This document shows positions 9,021 to 21,193 of a stretch of DNA of 64,000 nt, one piece after another (positions within the stretch are counted from its first letter, which is position 1; every line of letters begins with the position of its first letter). The notes under the pieces were generated by a model. It was not told the origin of the DNA and did no database searches. It saw nothing but the letters and a program-made list of their open reading frames with translations. Location of the stretch: NCBI RefSeq assembly GCF_964213995.1, contig NW_027590128.1, forward strand, positions 744,001-808,000, in the 5' to 3' direction. A program made the position numbers and the translations under genes. This DNA is from Mustelus asterias (taxonomy: Eukaryota).

Positions 9021-11949
9021 ACGGCCCCATCCTGGCTCAGCCACTGGAGGATGGTTCACATCAGAGGATGGGGGAGGGGGACAATAAATAAGAGGTTACA
9101 CTTTGGCCTCAAATCAATGAGGACTCTGATCTCTGGGAAGGAAGGAAACCCTGGGAGGTGGGCGGGGAGGATTCACAAACACCCGCTGGAGGCCCCAACA
9201 CCCCCAATAAGAAGCTGCAGCTCCCTGCAGTGACCAGGAGAGAAAATAATTGATTTTATTTCCACTCTGTACAAAAGAACTGAACCCAGCCAGAATAGAG
9301 AGTGGGAGAAAAGATTTGTGAAGATATTTCACACTGGGTTTGCCAGGCTGACCAACTCTCTCAGAGAAAATAAAAGGACATCCTTCATGAGTCTGTCGGA
9401 GCAGGTGAGCAGTATTGTGTGCGGTGCTGCTGGAACTGTGTGGGTGGACACGGGCTGGTTGGCAGCCAGAACAGTTGGAAGAGGGTGCTGCACAGATCCA
9501 TCTTATGGGTGAAACAGCACCCATACACCATGCAGCCTGGCACAGTGGAGTCATGGGACAATCCATTGAAATATGAGATGGTTGGTTAATGTGGGAGTTG
9601 GTTGCAGGACAGGGAGGAGGGAAAGTGTTCAGGATGAGGATTTACTGCTTTACAGGAACAAGTGAGGAAACGATGTTCCACAGAACATACTTTCAAATTC
9701 CAGCATCCGCAGTAATTTGCTTTGATTCCAAATAAACTTATTGGACTTTAACCTGGTGTTATGAGACTTCTTACTGTGCAAACTCCGCAGAGACAGTCAC
9801 CCACCGCTGGAATCGAACCCAGACTCAGTGTGGCAGCAGTGCGAACCACTGTGCCACAGTGAAGGGAGTTTGACGCAAATTTCGGGTGATAACAATGGGC
9901 TGGATGTTGCTCAGAATGTGGAGCACTGCAGCAAAGTACAGAGAGACAGAGCAGCAAACTGGACTGAGAAATGGAGTCTGCAGACTGGAACTGGCAGCAT
10001 GAGGAGAGGTTATTTAGTCTAACACTCACAGCAATCTACAACCCACCCCCATTACCGAGACAGTGAGACAGAGATTACAAACACTCACCAACACAGCTCC
10101 ACTGAAACGTCCCAGGAAAAAGAGGGAATCTGTGGCAGTTCCTGTCCTGAAAGAGCCCCAGGACTGTCACTCAAACCCCCAACCCCGCCCAGTTCACAGC
10201 TCAGCCTCTCAGCTTGCAGCTTCCTGCACCTTGAGCCAACCCTGTCCAGGTGTGGGAGGGATGTGGAACCACAGAGTGGGGGGAGGGGTGACCTCCTGCT
10301 GTGCCCCAAATAGTTTCTCCTTCCCCTCCCCCTTGGCTCTCTAAGGTCTGAATGTGGATGTGTTGATGGACATTGCAGAGCCTCACTGAGCTTATCCTGG
10401 GTCACCCCCTCCCCCTGGGTTCAGTGTGTTCAGTTCGCTGCTTCTTTCCCTGCTGAACTTTCAGTTAATCAAAAACAGAAAGTGCTGGAAAACCTCAGCA
10501 GGTCTGATCGCATCTGTGATCATCCAGACTGGAAGCATTAACTCTATTCTCTCTCCACAGATGCTGTCAGACCTGCTGAGATTTCCAGCATTTTCTGTTT
10601 CAGATTCCAACACCCGCAGTATTTTGCTTTTATCTTCATTTAAAGAAGCATTCTTTCATGGCCTTTACCCTCCGTGCTCCTTTCCAGAGCTTCCCACCTT
10701 CTGCTATTGTCCCTGACTCCCACATTAACTGTCATTCCTCCCCTTTACCCCGCTCACCCTGTCTAAAGTCAGGCTCAGAGTTTTACCGCCATCTCCCCCT
10801 CCCCCAGCTCCCACATCCCAACACCCGGAATCTCTAACCCAGCGGTTCCAGTTTGTCTGGTTTGAGTTCAGATTTGCCGCAGCACCGACAGGATTTCACT
10901 TCAAACCAGCCGGAACTGACTGCTCACAAATCCCAAAATGTTTCTCCAGCAGCCCGGGCTTGTTAATGTTGTTTAAAGTCAGTTTCAGTTACTCTCTTCA
11001 GTTTAAAAAACTTCTCCGTTTAATCCAAAGTATTATTCGCACCAGACATAAACACAAAATTGTGAACGTTACCCACCGCCCCCAACTCCCCCGCCCCTCC
11101 CCCTCCTCCCCCCCCCAACGAGACCCGAGCTGGGGTGTCCTGAGTAAGAGACATCTGTTTCGGGTGTGACAATTCTTACACATTCTCTGGTTGACATCAA
11201 ACGGAAAACGCTGGAAATTGCCCCCATTACCGAGATAGTGAGACAGAGATTACAAACACTCACCAACGCAGCTCCAGTGAAATGTCCCAGGGAAAAGGGG
11301 GAATCTGTGGCTGTTCCTGTCCTGATATCGCCCCAGGACTGTCACTCAAAACCTCAACCCGGCCCAGTTCACAGCAAATTGCTGCTTTTGTCAGAAGGGT
11401 CACTTGGACTCGAAACGTCAGCTCTTTTTGTCTCCTTACAGATGCTGCCAGACCTGCTGAGATTTTCCAGCGTTTTCTCTTTTGGCTGGAAATACTCAAC
11501 AAGTCAGGCAGCCTCTGTGGAGAGAGAAACAGACTGAATGTGACCTGTCATCGGAACTGGGAAATATATTATTATTTCTCGCAACTGAAAGAGACACTTT
11601 ACAGCCTTCAGAACAAAACTGAGCTCAACAATTTTACACCACAATCTCTGCCCCCATTGTGATCTGTGTTTCATTGCTGCTTTTTTCACCTCATTTCCCT
11701 CTTGTTTTCTTTACTTTACATTCAGACTATCGCTCACCGGCTATTCACACCTTATCCAGAACATCTTTTGTGTCTTTACTTGTTCAATTACCACTCGTTT
11801 TGGTCTTGGGCCGTGAAACATTTTGTCAGTTTGCAGATCTTTCATTTTGTTCTTCTCCACCTCCCTCTCTCAATTCTTCAGAGGTCAGTCTTTGACAAAG
11901 GGTCATCTGGACTCGAAACGTCAGCACTTTTCTCTCTTGACAAATGCCC

Positions 11950-12420
11950 GTGACCGCTGAAGTGCGTCATGGGCATTCAGCCTCTGATCTTTGGGTAAGC
12001 ATTCTCCAAGGCGGCCTTCACGACACACGACAGCGCAGAGTCGCTGAGCAGAAACTGATAGCCAAGTTCCGCACACATGAGGACGGCCTAAACCGGGATG
12101 TTGGCTTTATGTCACACTGTCAGTAACCCCCACAGCTTGCCTCCTGGACTTGCTGGCTGTCCTGTCTGGAGACAATACACATCTCTTTAACCTGTGCTTA
12201 ATGCTCCCTCCACTCACATTGTCTGTATGTTTAAGAACTGGTTGGCTGTTGAGATTTGCATTCTAATCAGTATTCTGTAACTTGATTTTGTGTCTCTGTG
12301 CCCTGTTTGAGAGCAGATTTCCACTCCATCTGACGAAGGAGCAGCGCTCCAAAAGCTAATGGTATTTGCTACCAAATAAACCTGTTGGACTTTAACCTGG
12401 TGTTGTTAAAACTGTTACTC
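11950..12420 (+). mobile_element. Penelope-like element 3' end (GIY-YIG C-terminus plus pLTR)
   Basis: HGHSASDL.VSILQGGLHDTRQRRVAEQKLIAKFRTHEDGLNRD; mutated hammerhead at 12326-12362. Confidence 0.85.
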
Positions 12421-12480
12421 TAAATATATCCCCATAGCTCCGGGTGGGAGTGGAATTGATGATTTCTTGACTGTCTGTCT

Positions 12481-12730
12481 ACACTGCTGCCTCACAGTGC
12501 CAGGGACCCGGGTTCAATTCCCAGCTTGGGTCACTGTCTGTATGGAGTCTGCACGTTCTCCCCGTGTCTGTGTGGGTTCCCTCCGGGTGCTCCAGTTTCC
12601 TCCCACCGTCTGAAAGATGCGCTATTTAGGTGCATTGACCCAAACAGGTGCTGGAGTGTGGCGACTAGGGGAATTTCACAGTAACTTCATTGCAGTGTTA
12701 ATGTAAGCCTTACTTGTGACTAATAAATAA
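12481..12730 (+). mobile_element. HE1/V-type tRNA-derived SINE
   Basis: cactgctgcctcacagtgccagggacccgggttcaattcc head and tgtgggttccctccgggtgctccagtttcctcccac central domain. Confidence 0.85.
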
Positions 12731-12759
12731 ATTTAACTTTTAACTTTAATTTTGTGAAC

Positions 12760-13085
12760 TCATAGAATCGTAGAATCTTACAGTGCAGAAGAAGGCCATT
12801 CAGCCCATCGAATCTGCACCAACCACAATCCCACCCAGGCCCTATCCCCGTAACACCACATATTTAACCTGCTAATCCTCCTAACACTGGGGTCAATTTT
12901 GCATGGCCAGTCAACCTAAGCAGCACATCTTTGGACTGTGGGAGGAAACCGGAGCACCCGGAGGAAACCCACGCAGACACAGGGAGAATGTGCAGACTCT
13001 GCACAGTGACCCAAGCCAGGAATTGAACTCAGGTCCCTGGCGCTGTGAGGCAGTAGTGCTAACCGCTGTGCCACCATGCCGCCCT
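12760..13085 (-). mobile_element. HE1/V-type SINE with CR1-like tail
   Basis: Full head ggcggcatggtggcacagcggttagcact on the minus strand. Confidence 0.85.
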
Positions 13086-13299
13086 CATCTCCTTGAACAA
13101 ATAGTAAATTGTAGAGATTATAAAGTTTGAATTGTAATATCTAATGGTGTAAAATATCTGGGAGCAGAGTGGGTGTGATAAAGGCTGGAATACAGACTGT
13201 GGGAATGAGGGTGAAACTGCTGTGCTCAGTGAATGGTTCTTATTGGAGGGAGGGATGTAGCGGGATCTTCCTTGTTACTCCACTTACAGGCCGATGTTT

Positions 13300-15060
13300 G
13301 AGGGTCTGCCGATAGTTGTGAGTGTCTCTCTCTTACAGGCCTTGAAATTTCAAAGGCTGGGGAATGCTGCACTGGGGCAACTCCGCAGGAGAGAGAGCGC
13401 TGAACCAGGCTCACCGTTTATACCTGATCGGTAACCTGATACTTATATCACACAGCCATCCCAAAACCGCCACCAAGGCCTGAGTGGTACTCTCCCTTGT
13501 CAGTGGGACAATGGCCACCCTGCACCCACTCCACTCGAGTAGGTCTCCAAGAGAGAGAACAGAGAGACTCTGTTCTTTATCTCCTGACCAGCAGTCTCCC
13601 TTGTGAGTGGGTTCGAATCGCTCAGATCACCCTCGGTTCCAGACTCCGGATTTATGGTAAGGGATATTGAAACTGTGACCTCGTCAGAGTGCACTGATGA
13701 GAGAACAAGAGGCAAGACAAACTCCAAATGAGTTTCAAAACTTACAGTGATTTATTTAACAATAAAATCAACCTCTTCAATACCCCACCACACATGAATA
13801 AAACTTATACTTTATACTACACTATGGGAGAAATGCTAATGGGTACAACGTATTACTGAAGTTTAAAATTACAATACACCACCCCTCCCCTTGCCTCAAC
13901 CTCTATCCGATCCTCAGGAGCTTCGCAAGGTTGGCTGGGATACTCACAATTCTAAAAGGGGTTCCTTTGTGGTCGGCTCAAATGTCTTAGTGCAGGGTCG
14001 AAACTGAAGAGAGCTTGGTCCTGCTGGTCTGCTTCTCAGCTTGTGATTCTGGAAGAGAGCTTGGTCCTGCTTGTCTGTGTCCCTGCTTGCGATTCTGGAA
14101 GAGAGCTCGGTCCTGCTTGTCTGTGTCACTGCTTGCGATTCTGGAAGAGAGCTTGGTCCTGCTTGTCTGTGTCCCTGCTTGCGATTCTGGAAGAGAGCTT
14201 GGTTCTGCTTGTCTGTGTCCCTGCTTGCGATTCTGGAAGAGAGCTTGGTTCTGCTTGTCTGTGTCCCTGCTTGCGATTCTGGAAGAGAGCTTGGTCCTGC
14301 TTGTCTGTGTCACTGCTTGCGATTCTGGAAGAGAGCTTGGTTCTGCTTGTCTGTGTCCCTGCTTGCGATTCTGGAAGAGAGCTTGGTCCTGCTTGTCTGT
14401 GTCCCTGCTTGAGATTCTGGAAGAGAGCTTGGTCCTGCTTGTCTGTGTCACTGCTTGCGATTCTGGAAGAGAGCTTGGTCCTGCTTGTCTGTGTCACTGC
14501 TTGTGATTCTGGAAGAGAGCTTGGTCCTGCTTGTCTGTGTCACTGCTTGCGATTCTGGAAGAGAGCTTGGTTCTGCTTGTCTGTGTCCCTGCTTGCGATT
14601 CTGGAAGAGAGCTTGGTCCTGCTTGTCTGTGTCCCTGCTTGCGATTCTGGAAGAGAGCTCGGTTCTGCTTGTTTGACTCTGAGCTCAATTTAACAAAAAC
14701 ACCTTCCCTGTCCCAATAGGTGATTTTCAAGGACAATGGGGCTTTCAATCACCGGCAGTTTCAGTTTAATTTAGTCAAGTCCACACACAAAAGGCTGGAA
14801 CTGCCTTGACCCCCCCATGGGTCGTTATTTCAATGTCTTCTGTGGATGGGCCGATTTCTGTGGCCATGGACTCCCTGCTGGTCTGTTTACTGTCCTTTGT
14901 CCTTCTGATGATTCGATCACTGGTGTGTCTGCCTTTTTGGCCACTTGCATATTCAGGGGGCTCACACCTTTTTTTCTCTTAGCACAGTCCACCGACAGGT
15001 TATGTTTGTCCTGCCGAACCTTCTGGGAGGTTTTTATCAGCCAACAGCCAGAGTTGGCCA
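13300..15060 (-). mobile_element. Possible LTR-element 5' LTR, PBS and leader
   Basis: In minus-strand order: repeat-containing U3-like region, TATAAA (13816-13811), AATAAA (13756-13751), PBS-like TGGTGGCGGTTTTGGGAT (~13475-13458) and donor cg|gtgagc (~13415). Confidence 0.3.
14004..14672. repeat. 46-bp minisatellite, about 14.5 copies
   Basis: Unit gattctggaagagagcttggtcctgcttgtctgtgtccctgcttgc starting at 14045, 14091 ... 14643. Confidence 0.95.
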
Positions 15061-15064
15061 CTTT

Positions 15065-15645
15065 TAAACTGCTACGACAACGGATGAATGAACACCACTC
15101 GACAATCACCAGGCAAGACTGTTCTCTTCCTGTTGGGGAGCACTTCAGCCGTCACAGGCATTCAGTCTTGGATCTTCAGGTAAGCGTTCTCAGCCTTCAC
15201 GACACACGACAGCGCAGAGTCGGTGAGCAGAAACTGATAGCCAAGTTCCGCACACATGAGGACGGCCTAAACCGGGATGTTGGATTTATGTCACATTATC
15301 AGTAAGCCCCACAGCTTGCCCCCTCGACTTGCAGAATCTCACTAGCTGTTCTGTCTGGAGACAATACACATCTCTTTAACCTGTGTTTAATGCTCCCTCC
15401 ACCCACATTGTCTGTACCTGTAAGACCTGGCTGGTTGTAGGGATTCGCATTCTAATCAGTATTCTGTAACTTGATTTTGTGTCTCTGTGCACTGTTTGAG
15501 AGCACATTTCCACTCCATCTGACGAAGGAGCAGCGCTCCGAAAGCTTATGGTATTTGCTACCAAATAAACCTGTTGGACTTGAACCTGGTGTTGTGAGAC
15601 TTCTTACTGTGTTCACCCCAGTCCAACGCCGGCATCTCCACATCA
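15065..15645 (+). mobile_element. Penelope-like element 3' end
   Basis: LRQRMNEH.STITRQDCSLPVGEHF...DGLNRD followed by a pLTR. Confidence 0.85.
15515..15551 (+). ncRNA. Minimal type I hammerhead ribozyme (Penelope pLTR)
   Basis: ccat-CTGACGA-a-ggagc-agc-gctcc-GAAA-gc-TT-atgg: complete core with helices I and II. Confidence 0.75.
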
Positions 15646-15896
15646 CTTTTAAACTGTCAGGTTTCTCCTGAGTCCTTTTAAAATATGGAGGATTGCCCTG
15701 AAACTTACAGGGATGGGAGGAGGGAGAAAGGGATGGATGGTGAGAGGGAGGGATGGAGAAGGGAGGGAGAGTGAGGTGGATGGAGGGAGAGAGGGATGAA
15801 TGGGGGTGAATGTGAGAAGCTGAAGTTTACATTTGAAGAGGTTCCCAGTCTCTCTGATCAGCTGAACTGGGGAAGCTTTTGCGCAGACTGCACTGC

Positions 15897-15930
15897 TGCT
15901 GTTTCCCCTCCTGTCCACCAGAGGTCGCTG
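15897..15930 (+). promoter_or_regulatory. Candidate CTCF site
   Basis: Core tgtCCACCAGAGGTCGCtg, preceded by an upstream-motif-like tgctgtttcc. Confidence 0.45.
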
Positions 15931-16054
15931 TAGGCCTCCCAGCTGCTGCTCCTCCCAGTGTCACCACTTGCCCACTCCGGCCCCTCCAGTACACCTCACT
16001 GGAGCCCCGGGCCATTCTTGCCATCCTGCCAGGTCTCGGGTACTGAGGCCAGTA

Positions 16055-16345
16055 GTAAAGTTTATTTATGTGTCACAACTAGGTTTACATTCACACTGTA
16101 ATGAAGTTACTGTGAAAATCCCCTGGTCGCCACACTCCGGCACCTGTTCGGGTTACACTGAGGGAGAATTCAGCTTGGCCAATGCACCCTAACCAGTACA
16201 TCTTTCAGACTGTGGGAGGAAACCGGAGCACCCAGAGGAAATCCACAGACACGGGGAAACTCCACACAGTGACCCAAGCTGGGAATCAAATCCAAATCCC
16301 TGGCGCTGTGAGGCAGCAGTGCTAACCACTGTGCCACTGTACCAC
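16055..16345 (-). mobile_element. HE1/V-type SINE
   Basis: Minus strand ggtacagtggcacagtggttagcactgctgcctcacagcgccaggg. Confidence 0.8.
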
Positions 16346-16977
16346 CCAGTGCTCTAAGGTTAAGTTTCTTCTTCAAACCTAAGACGATACAGTGTCACAT
16401 CAGGGCGGGGAAAAGGAGTCCATTGGCTTCAGATGGATAATGGTAAAAGTTAATATCCCAATTTATTCACTTTATTCCTTCAAGCTGAGGTTTACAAAGT
16501 GAAAATTCCACTGTTTATAGCAGTGACTAAATAAGCAATGACACTCATCCTATATTTAAATTAGTCTGGAATACACCTCAATTTCACACAGGTTAACATT
16601 TTTCAAGCATTTGGAACCCCAAATGTCTGCTGATGTGTCATCCAGAGCTGTTTTCCTGGCAGTTTGTGTCAGTAGCAGGCTGCTGTTACCATCCACTCTT
16701 GGGCAGGGTGAGGAGACAGCTCCGACACCGACCTCAGCTGGAATGGGAATTGAACCATACATTAGTCCGCAGGCCAGCAATGCTGCAGGAATTGCAAAGG
16801 GGCTGCACAGAGGTCCAGAATTAGAAGAGGGGGTTGTGGAGATGGAGGAAGCGTCTGCAAGACATGGGGACATTTTGGATTATCTCAAAATTACAGAATG
16901 CGGGAGACCAGTCAGGAATGTGTTGAAATTGTCAAGTCTGGCAGTAATGTGTGGATGTGGGATTCAGCAGCAGATGA

Positions 16978-17275
16978 AGGGCTGCACGGTGGAACAGTGG
17001 TTAGCACTGCTGCCTGACAGCAGTGGGTTTCTGTGTACGTTCTCCCTGTGTCTGAGTTTCCTCTGGGTGCTTCCGTTTCCTCCTACATTCCAAAGATGTG
17101 CAGGTTAGGTGGATTGGCCATGTTAAATTATCCGTTAGCGTCCAAAGATGTGTAGGTTAGGGGGGTTAGCAGGGTAAATGCACAAGGGTACAGGGCCCAT
17201 CGAGTCTGCACCGACTCTCCAACAGAGCATCTTACCTAGGCCCTATCCCCGTAACCCCACATATTTACCCCACTG
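16978..17275. mobile_element. HE1/V-type SINE fragments (plus-strand body, minus-strand tail)
   Basis: gcacggtggaacagtggttagcactgctgcc head; inverted tail at ~17190-17270. Confidence 0.7.
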
Positions 17276-17297
17276 TTCCACTGTGTTACTTATTCAT

Positions 17298-18040
17298 AGT
17301 AAGAAGTCTCACAACACCAGGTTAAAGTCCAACAGGTTTATTTGGTCGCAAATACCATAAGCTTTCGGAGCACTGCTCCTTTGTCAGATGGAGTGGATAT
17401 CTGCTCTCAAACAGTGCACAGACACAGAAATCAAGTTACAGAATACTAATTAGAATGCGAATCTCTACAGCCAGCCAGGTCTTAAAGGTACAGACAATGT
17501 GGGTGGAGGGAGCATTCAACACAGGTCAAAGAGATGTGTATTGTTTCCAGACAGAACAGCTAGTGAGATTCTACAAGCCCAGGAGGCAAGCTGTGGGGGT
17601 TACTGATAATGTGACATAAATCCAACATCCCGGTTTAGGCCGTCCTCATGTGTGCGGAACTTGGCTATCAGTTTCTGCTCAGCGACTCTGCGCTGCCGTG
17701 TGTCGTGAATGCCGCCTTGGAGAACGCTTACCTGAAGATCCAAGGCTGAATGCCCGTGACTGCTGAAGTGATCCCCCACAGGAAGAGAACAGTCTTGCCA
17801 GGTGATTGTCGAGCGGTGTTCATTCATCCGTTGTCGTAGGGTCTGCATGGTTTCCCCAATGTACCATGCCTCGGGACATCCTTTCCTGCAGCGTATCAGG
17901 TAGACAACGTTGGCCGAGTTGCAAGAGTAGGTACCGTGTACCTGGTAGATGGTGTTCTCACGTGAGATGATGGCATCCGTGTCGATGATCCGGCACGTCT
18001 TGCAGAGGTTGCTGTGGCAGGGTTGTGTGGTGTCGTGGTC
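17298..18040 (-). mobile_element. Penelope-like element (GIY-YIG domain plus pLTR)
   Basis: Minus frame PCHSNLCKTC...NVVYLIRC...WYIGETMQTLRQRMNEH; hammerhead remnant at 17355-17391. Confidence 0.9.
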
Positions 18041-18054
18041 TAAATCATTTATTG

Positions 18055-19530
18055 TATTCTATTATTCTAGCCCTCTCGACATGAATGCTAGCATTGCATT
18101 TGCCTTCCTAACTGCCGACTGAATCTGCATGTTACCCTTGAGAACAAGCACTCCCAAGCCCCTTTGTGTTTCTGATTTCCTAAGCATTTCCCCATTTCGA
18201 AAATAGTCTGTGCCTCCATTCCTCCTTCCAAAGTGCATAACCTCACACTTTTCCACATTGTATTCCATCTGCCACTTCTTTGCCCACTCTCCTAACCTGT
18301 TCAGGTACTTCTGCAGCCTGCTGCTTCCTCAATATTACCTGTCCCTCTACATATCTTTGTATCATCTGCAAACTTAGCAACAGTGCCTTCAGTTCCTTCT
18401 TCCAAAACATTAATGTATATTGTGAAAAGTTGTGGTCCCAGCACCGACGCCTGAAGCACACCTCTAGTCACTGGCTGCCATCCTGAAAAGGACCCCTTTA
18501 TCCCCACACTCTGCCTCCTGCCAATCAGCCAATCCTCTATCCATGCCAGGATCTTAAGCTTAGCACCATGTGCTCTTAACATAATGAACAGTCTCCTATG
18601 CGACACATTGCCAAAGGCCTTCTTGGGATCAAAATAAATCACGTCCACTGGTTCTCCTTTATCTAACTTCCTTGTTATCTCCTCAAAGAATTCTAAGAGA
18701 TTTGTCAGACATGATCACCCCTTGACCAAGCCATGCTGACTCAGTCCTATTTTATCACGCACTTCCAAGTATTCTGCAACCTCATCTTTCATAATTGACT
18801 CTATAATCTTGCCAATGACTGAAGTCAGGCTCACTGGCCTCTAATTTCACATTTCCTGCCTCCCTCCCTTCTTAAACAGCGGTGTTACATTCGCTACTTT
18901 CCAGTCCTCTGTCATTCCTGAAAGATCACTGCCAATGCCTCCACAATTTCCTCAGTTATCATTTTTAGAATCCTGGCGTGTAGTCCATCCAGTCCAGGTG
19001 ATTTATCCACCTTTAGACCTTTCAGTTTCCCCAGAACCTTCTCCGTAGTGATGGCCACTGCAGTCACCTGTTCCCCCTGATTCTCCTGGAGCTCTGGCAT
19101 CCCCCTGGTGTCTCCCACCGTGAGGACCATGCAAAGTAACGATTCAGTCCATCTGCCATTTCTTTGTTTCCTATTGTTACTTCTCCCGCCTCATTTTGTC
19201 GTGATCCAATGTCTATTTTTGCCTCTCTCTTATCATTTATGGATTGAAAAAAACTCTTCCTGTCTTCTTTTATATTACTGGCTACCTTGCAATCATATTT
19301 CATCTCCCCCCCCCCCCCCCCGCCCCCCACCCCCTCCACCCGCCCCGCCCTATTGCTTTCAGAGTTGTCCTCTGCTCGCATTTTAAAAAAATCCCAATCC
19401 TCCAGCTTCCCACTAATCCTCGCCACTTTGTATTCTTTTTCTTTTGCTTTTATCTTGTCCTTGACTTCCCTCGTCAGCCGTGGAGGCCTCGTCCTCCGCT
19501 TGGCATGTTTCCTCCTCCTTGGGATAGACT
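18055..19530 (-). mobile_element. Degraded CR1 ORF2 (copy A of the tandem duplication)
   Basis: KSPGLDGLH, FADDTK and KCEVMHFG motifs; near-identical to 23840-25270. Confidence 0.85.
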
Positions 19531-19772
19531 CGGTAGAGGGGACATTGAACAATGAAGGTCGGTGAATTGCCAAAGTGGGTTAGCGATCAACGCTGAAATT
19601 GAAATTATAATGAACATTTTGCTGTCTTTCTCTCTCTCTTTCTTTCTCTCCCACTCTCTCATTTACAGTATTAGATTAAGTCATAAGCGTCTAGGCTTTC
19701 GACATTGACAGTGGAGAAATTGTCAGGAGGGAATGAATAAAGGAGAAGGAGATATGAGAGCCGAGAGGCAGC

Positions 19773-20750
19773 TGTTCTGGGATCCTTGCTGTTTGTCATT
19801 TTCATAAATGACCTGGATGAGGAAGTGGAGGGATGGGTTGGTAAGTTTGCTGACGACACCAAGGTAGGTGGTGTTGTGGATAGTTTGGAGGGATGTCAGA
19901 AGTTGCAGCGAGACATAGATAGAATGCAAGACTGGGCGGAGAAGTGGCAGATGGACTTCAACCCGGATAAGTGTGTAGTGATCCATTTTGGCAGATCCAA
20001 TGGGATGAAGCAGCAGTATAATATGAAGGGTACCATTCTTAGCAGTGTAGAGGATCAGAAGGACCTTGGGGTCCGGGTCCATAGGACTCTTAAATCGGCC
20101 TCGCAGGTGGAGGATGCGGTCAAGAAGGCGTACGGCGTACTAGCCTTCATTAATCGAGGGATTGAGTTTAGGAGTCGGGAGATAATGCTGCAGCTTTATA
20201 GGACCCTGGTTAGACCCCACTTGGAGTACTGCGCGCAGTTCTGGTCACCTCATTACAGGAAAGATGTTGAAGCCATTGAAAGGGTGCAGAGGAGATTTAC
20301 AAGGATGTTGCCTGGATTGGGGGGCATGCCTTATGAGGATAGGTTGAGGGAGCTTGATCTCTTCTCCCTGGAGAGACGAAGGATGAGAGGTGACCTGATA
20401 GAGGTTTACAAGATGTTGAGAGGTCTGGATAGGGTAGACTCTCAGAGGCTATTTCCAAGGGCTGAAATGGTTGCTACGAGAGGACACAGGTTTAAGGTGC
20501 TGGGGGGTAGGTACAGAGGAGATGTCAGGGGTAAGTTTTTCACTCAGAGGGTGGTGGGTGAGTGGAATCGGCTGACGTCGGTGGTGGTGGAGGCAAACTC
20601 GTTGGGGTCTTTTAAGAGACTTCTGGATGAGTACATGGGATTTAATGGGATTGAGGGCTATAGATAGGCCTAGAGGTAGGGATATGATCAGCGCAACTTG
20701 TGGGCCGAAGGGCCTGTTTGTGCTGTGGCTTTCTATGTTCTATGTTCTAT
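19773..20750 (+). mobile_element. Young 5'-truncated CR1 (open 293-aa RT C-terminus)
   Basis: Uninterrupted ORF 19786-20667 and a (ttctatg)n tail. The empty site is present at ~25515. Confidence 0.95.
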
Positions 20751-21193
20751 GAATGCTTGTTGGATGTGCTGGGAAGTATGTGCGCGATATGAGATGTGGG
20801 GAAGAGGTGAAGAGGTTCGCGCTCTCTTGTGGCCGTGGCTGACATGATTGTGCAAGTTGAAGATTTTAAAAGTGCAGTTCCAGCCGTGAGCAGCAGGGAG
20901 CAGTAAAAGTGAGGTGGATATTGAGGAGGCAAAGAATGGGGAGAGTGAGGAAAGTGGGAATTGCAGAATGGTGCTTGTGAGCGTGCAGGGCTGGTGGAGA
21001 GTTGGTTGGTCAAAGGTGTGTGTCCATGTTTTGGTTTACTTGCGTAGTTTGCTGTGGTGATGGCATTGGATGTGAGAGTGAATGAAAGGGGCAGCAGAGG
21101 GAGTGAGTGTGGAGGCAGGCAGAGAGGCATCGGGTTTGTCTGTATTGATGGGAATGGCAAAATATTTTGTTTGCTGCGATTGAAGGTGTGGAG

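Noticed and set aside
8390-9233. ORFs across GC-rich promoters (also 74-1038 and 54166-55375)
   Set aside because: GC-rich open frames; the paralogous copy has a frameshifting 4-bp indel.
13944-14748. Repetitive ORFs on both strands
   Set aside because: Translations of the 46-bp minisatellite, with no coding signature.
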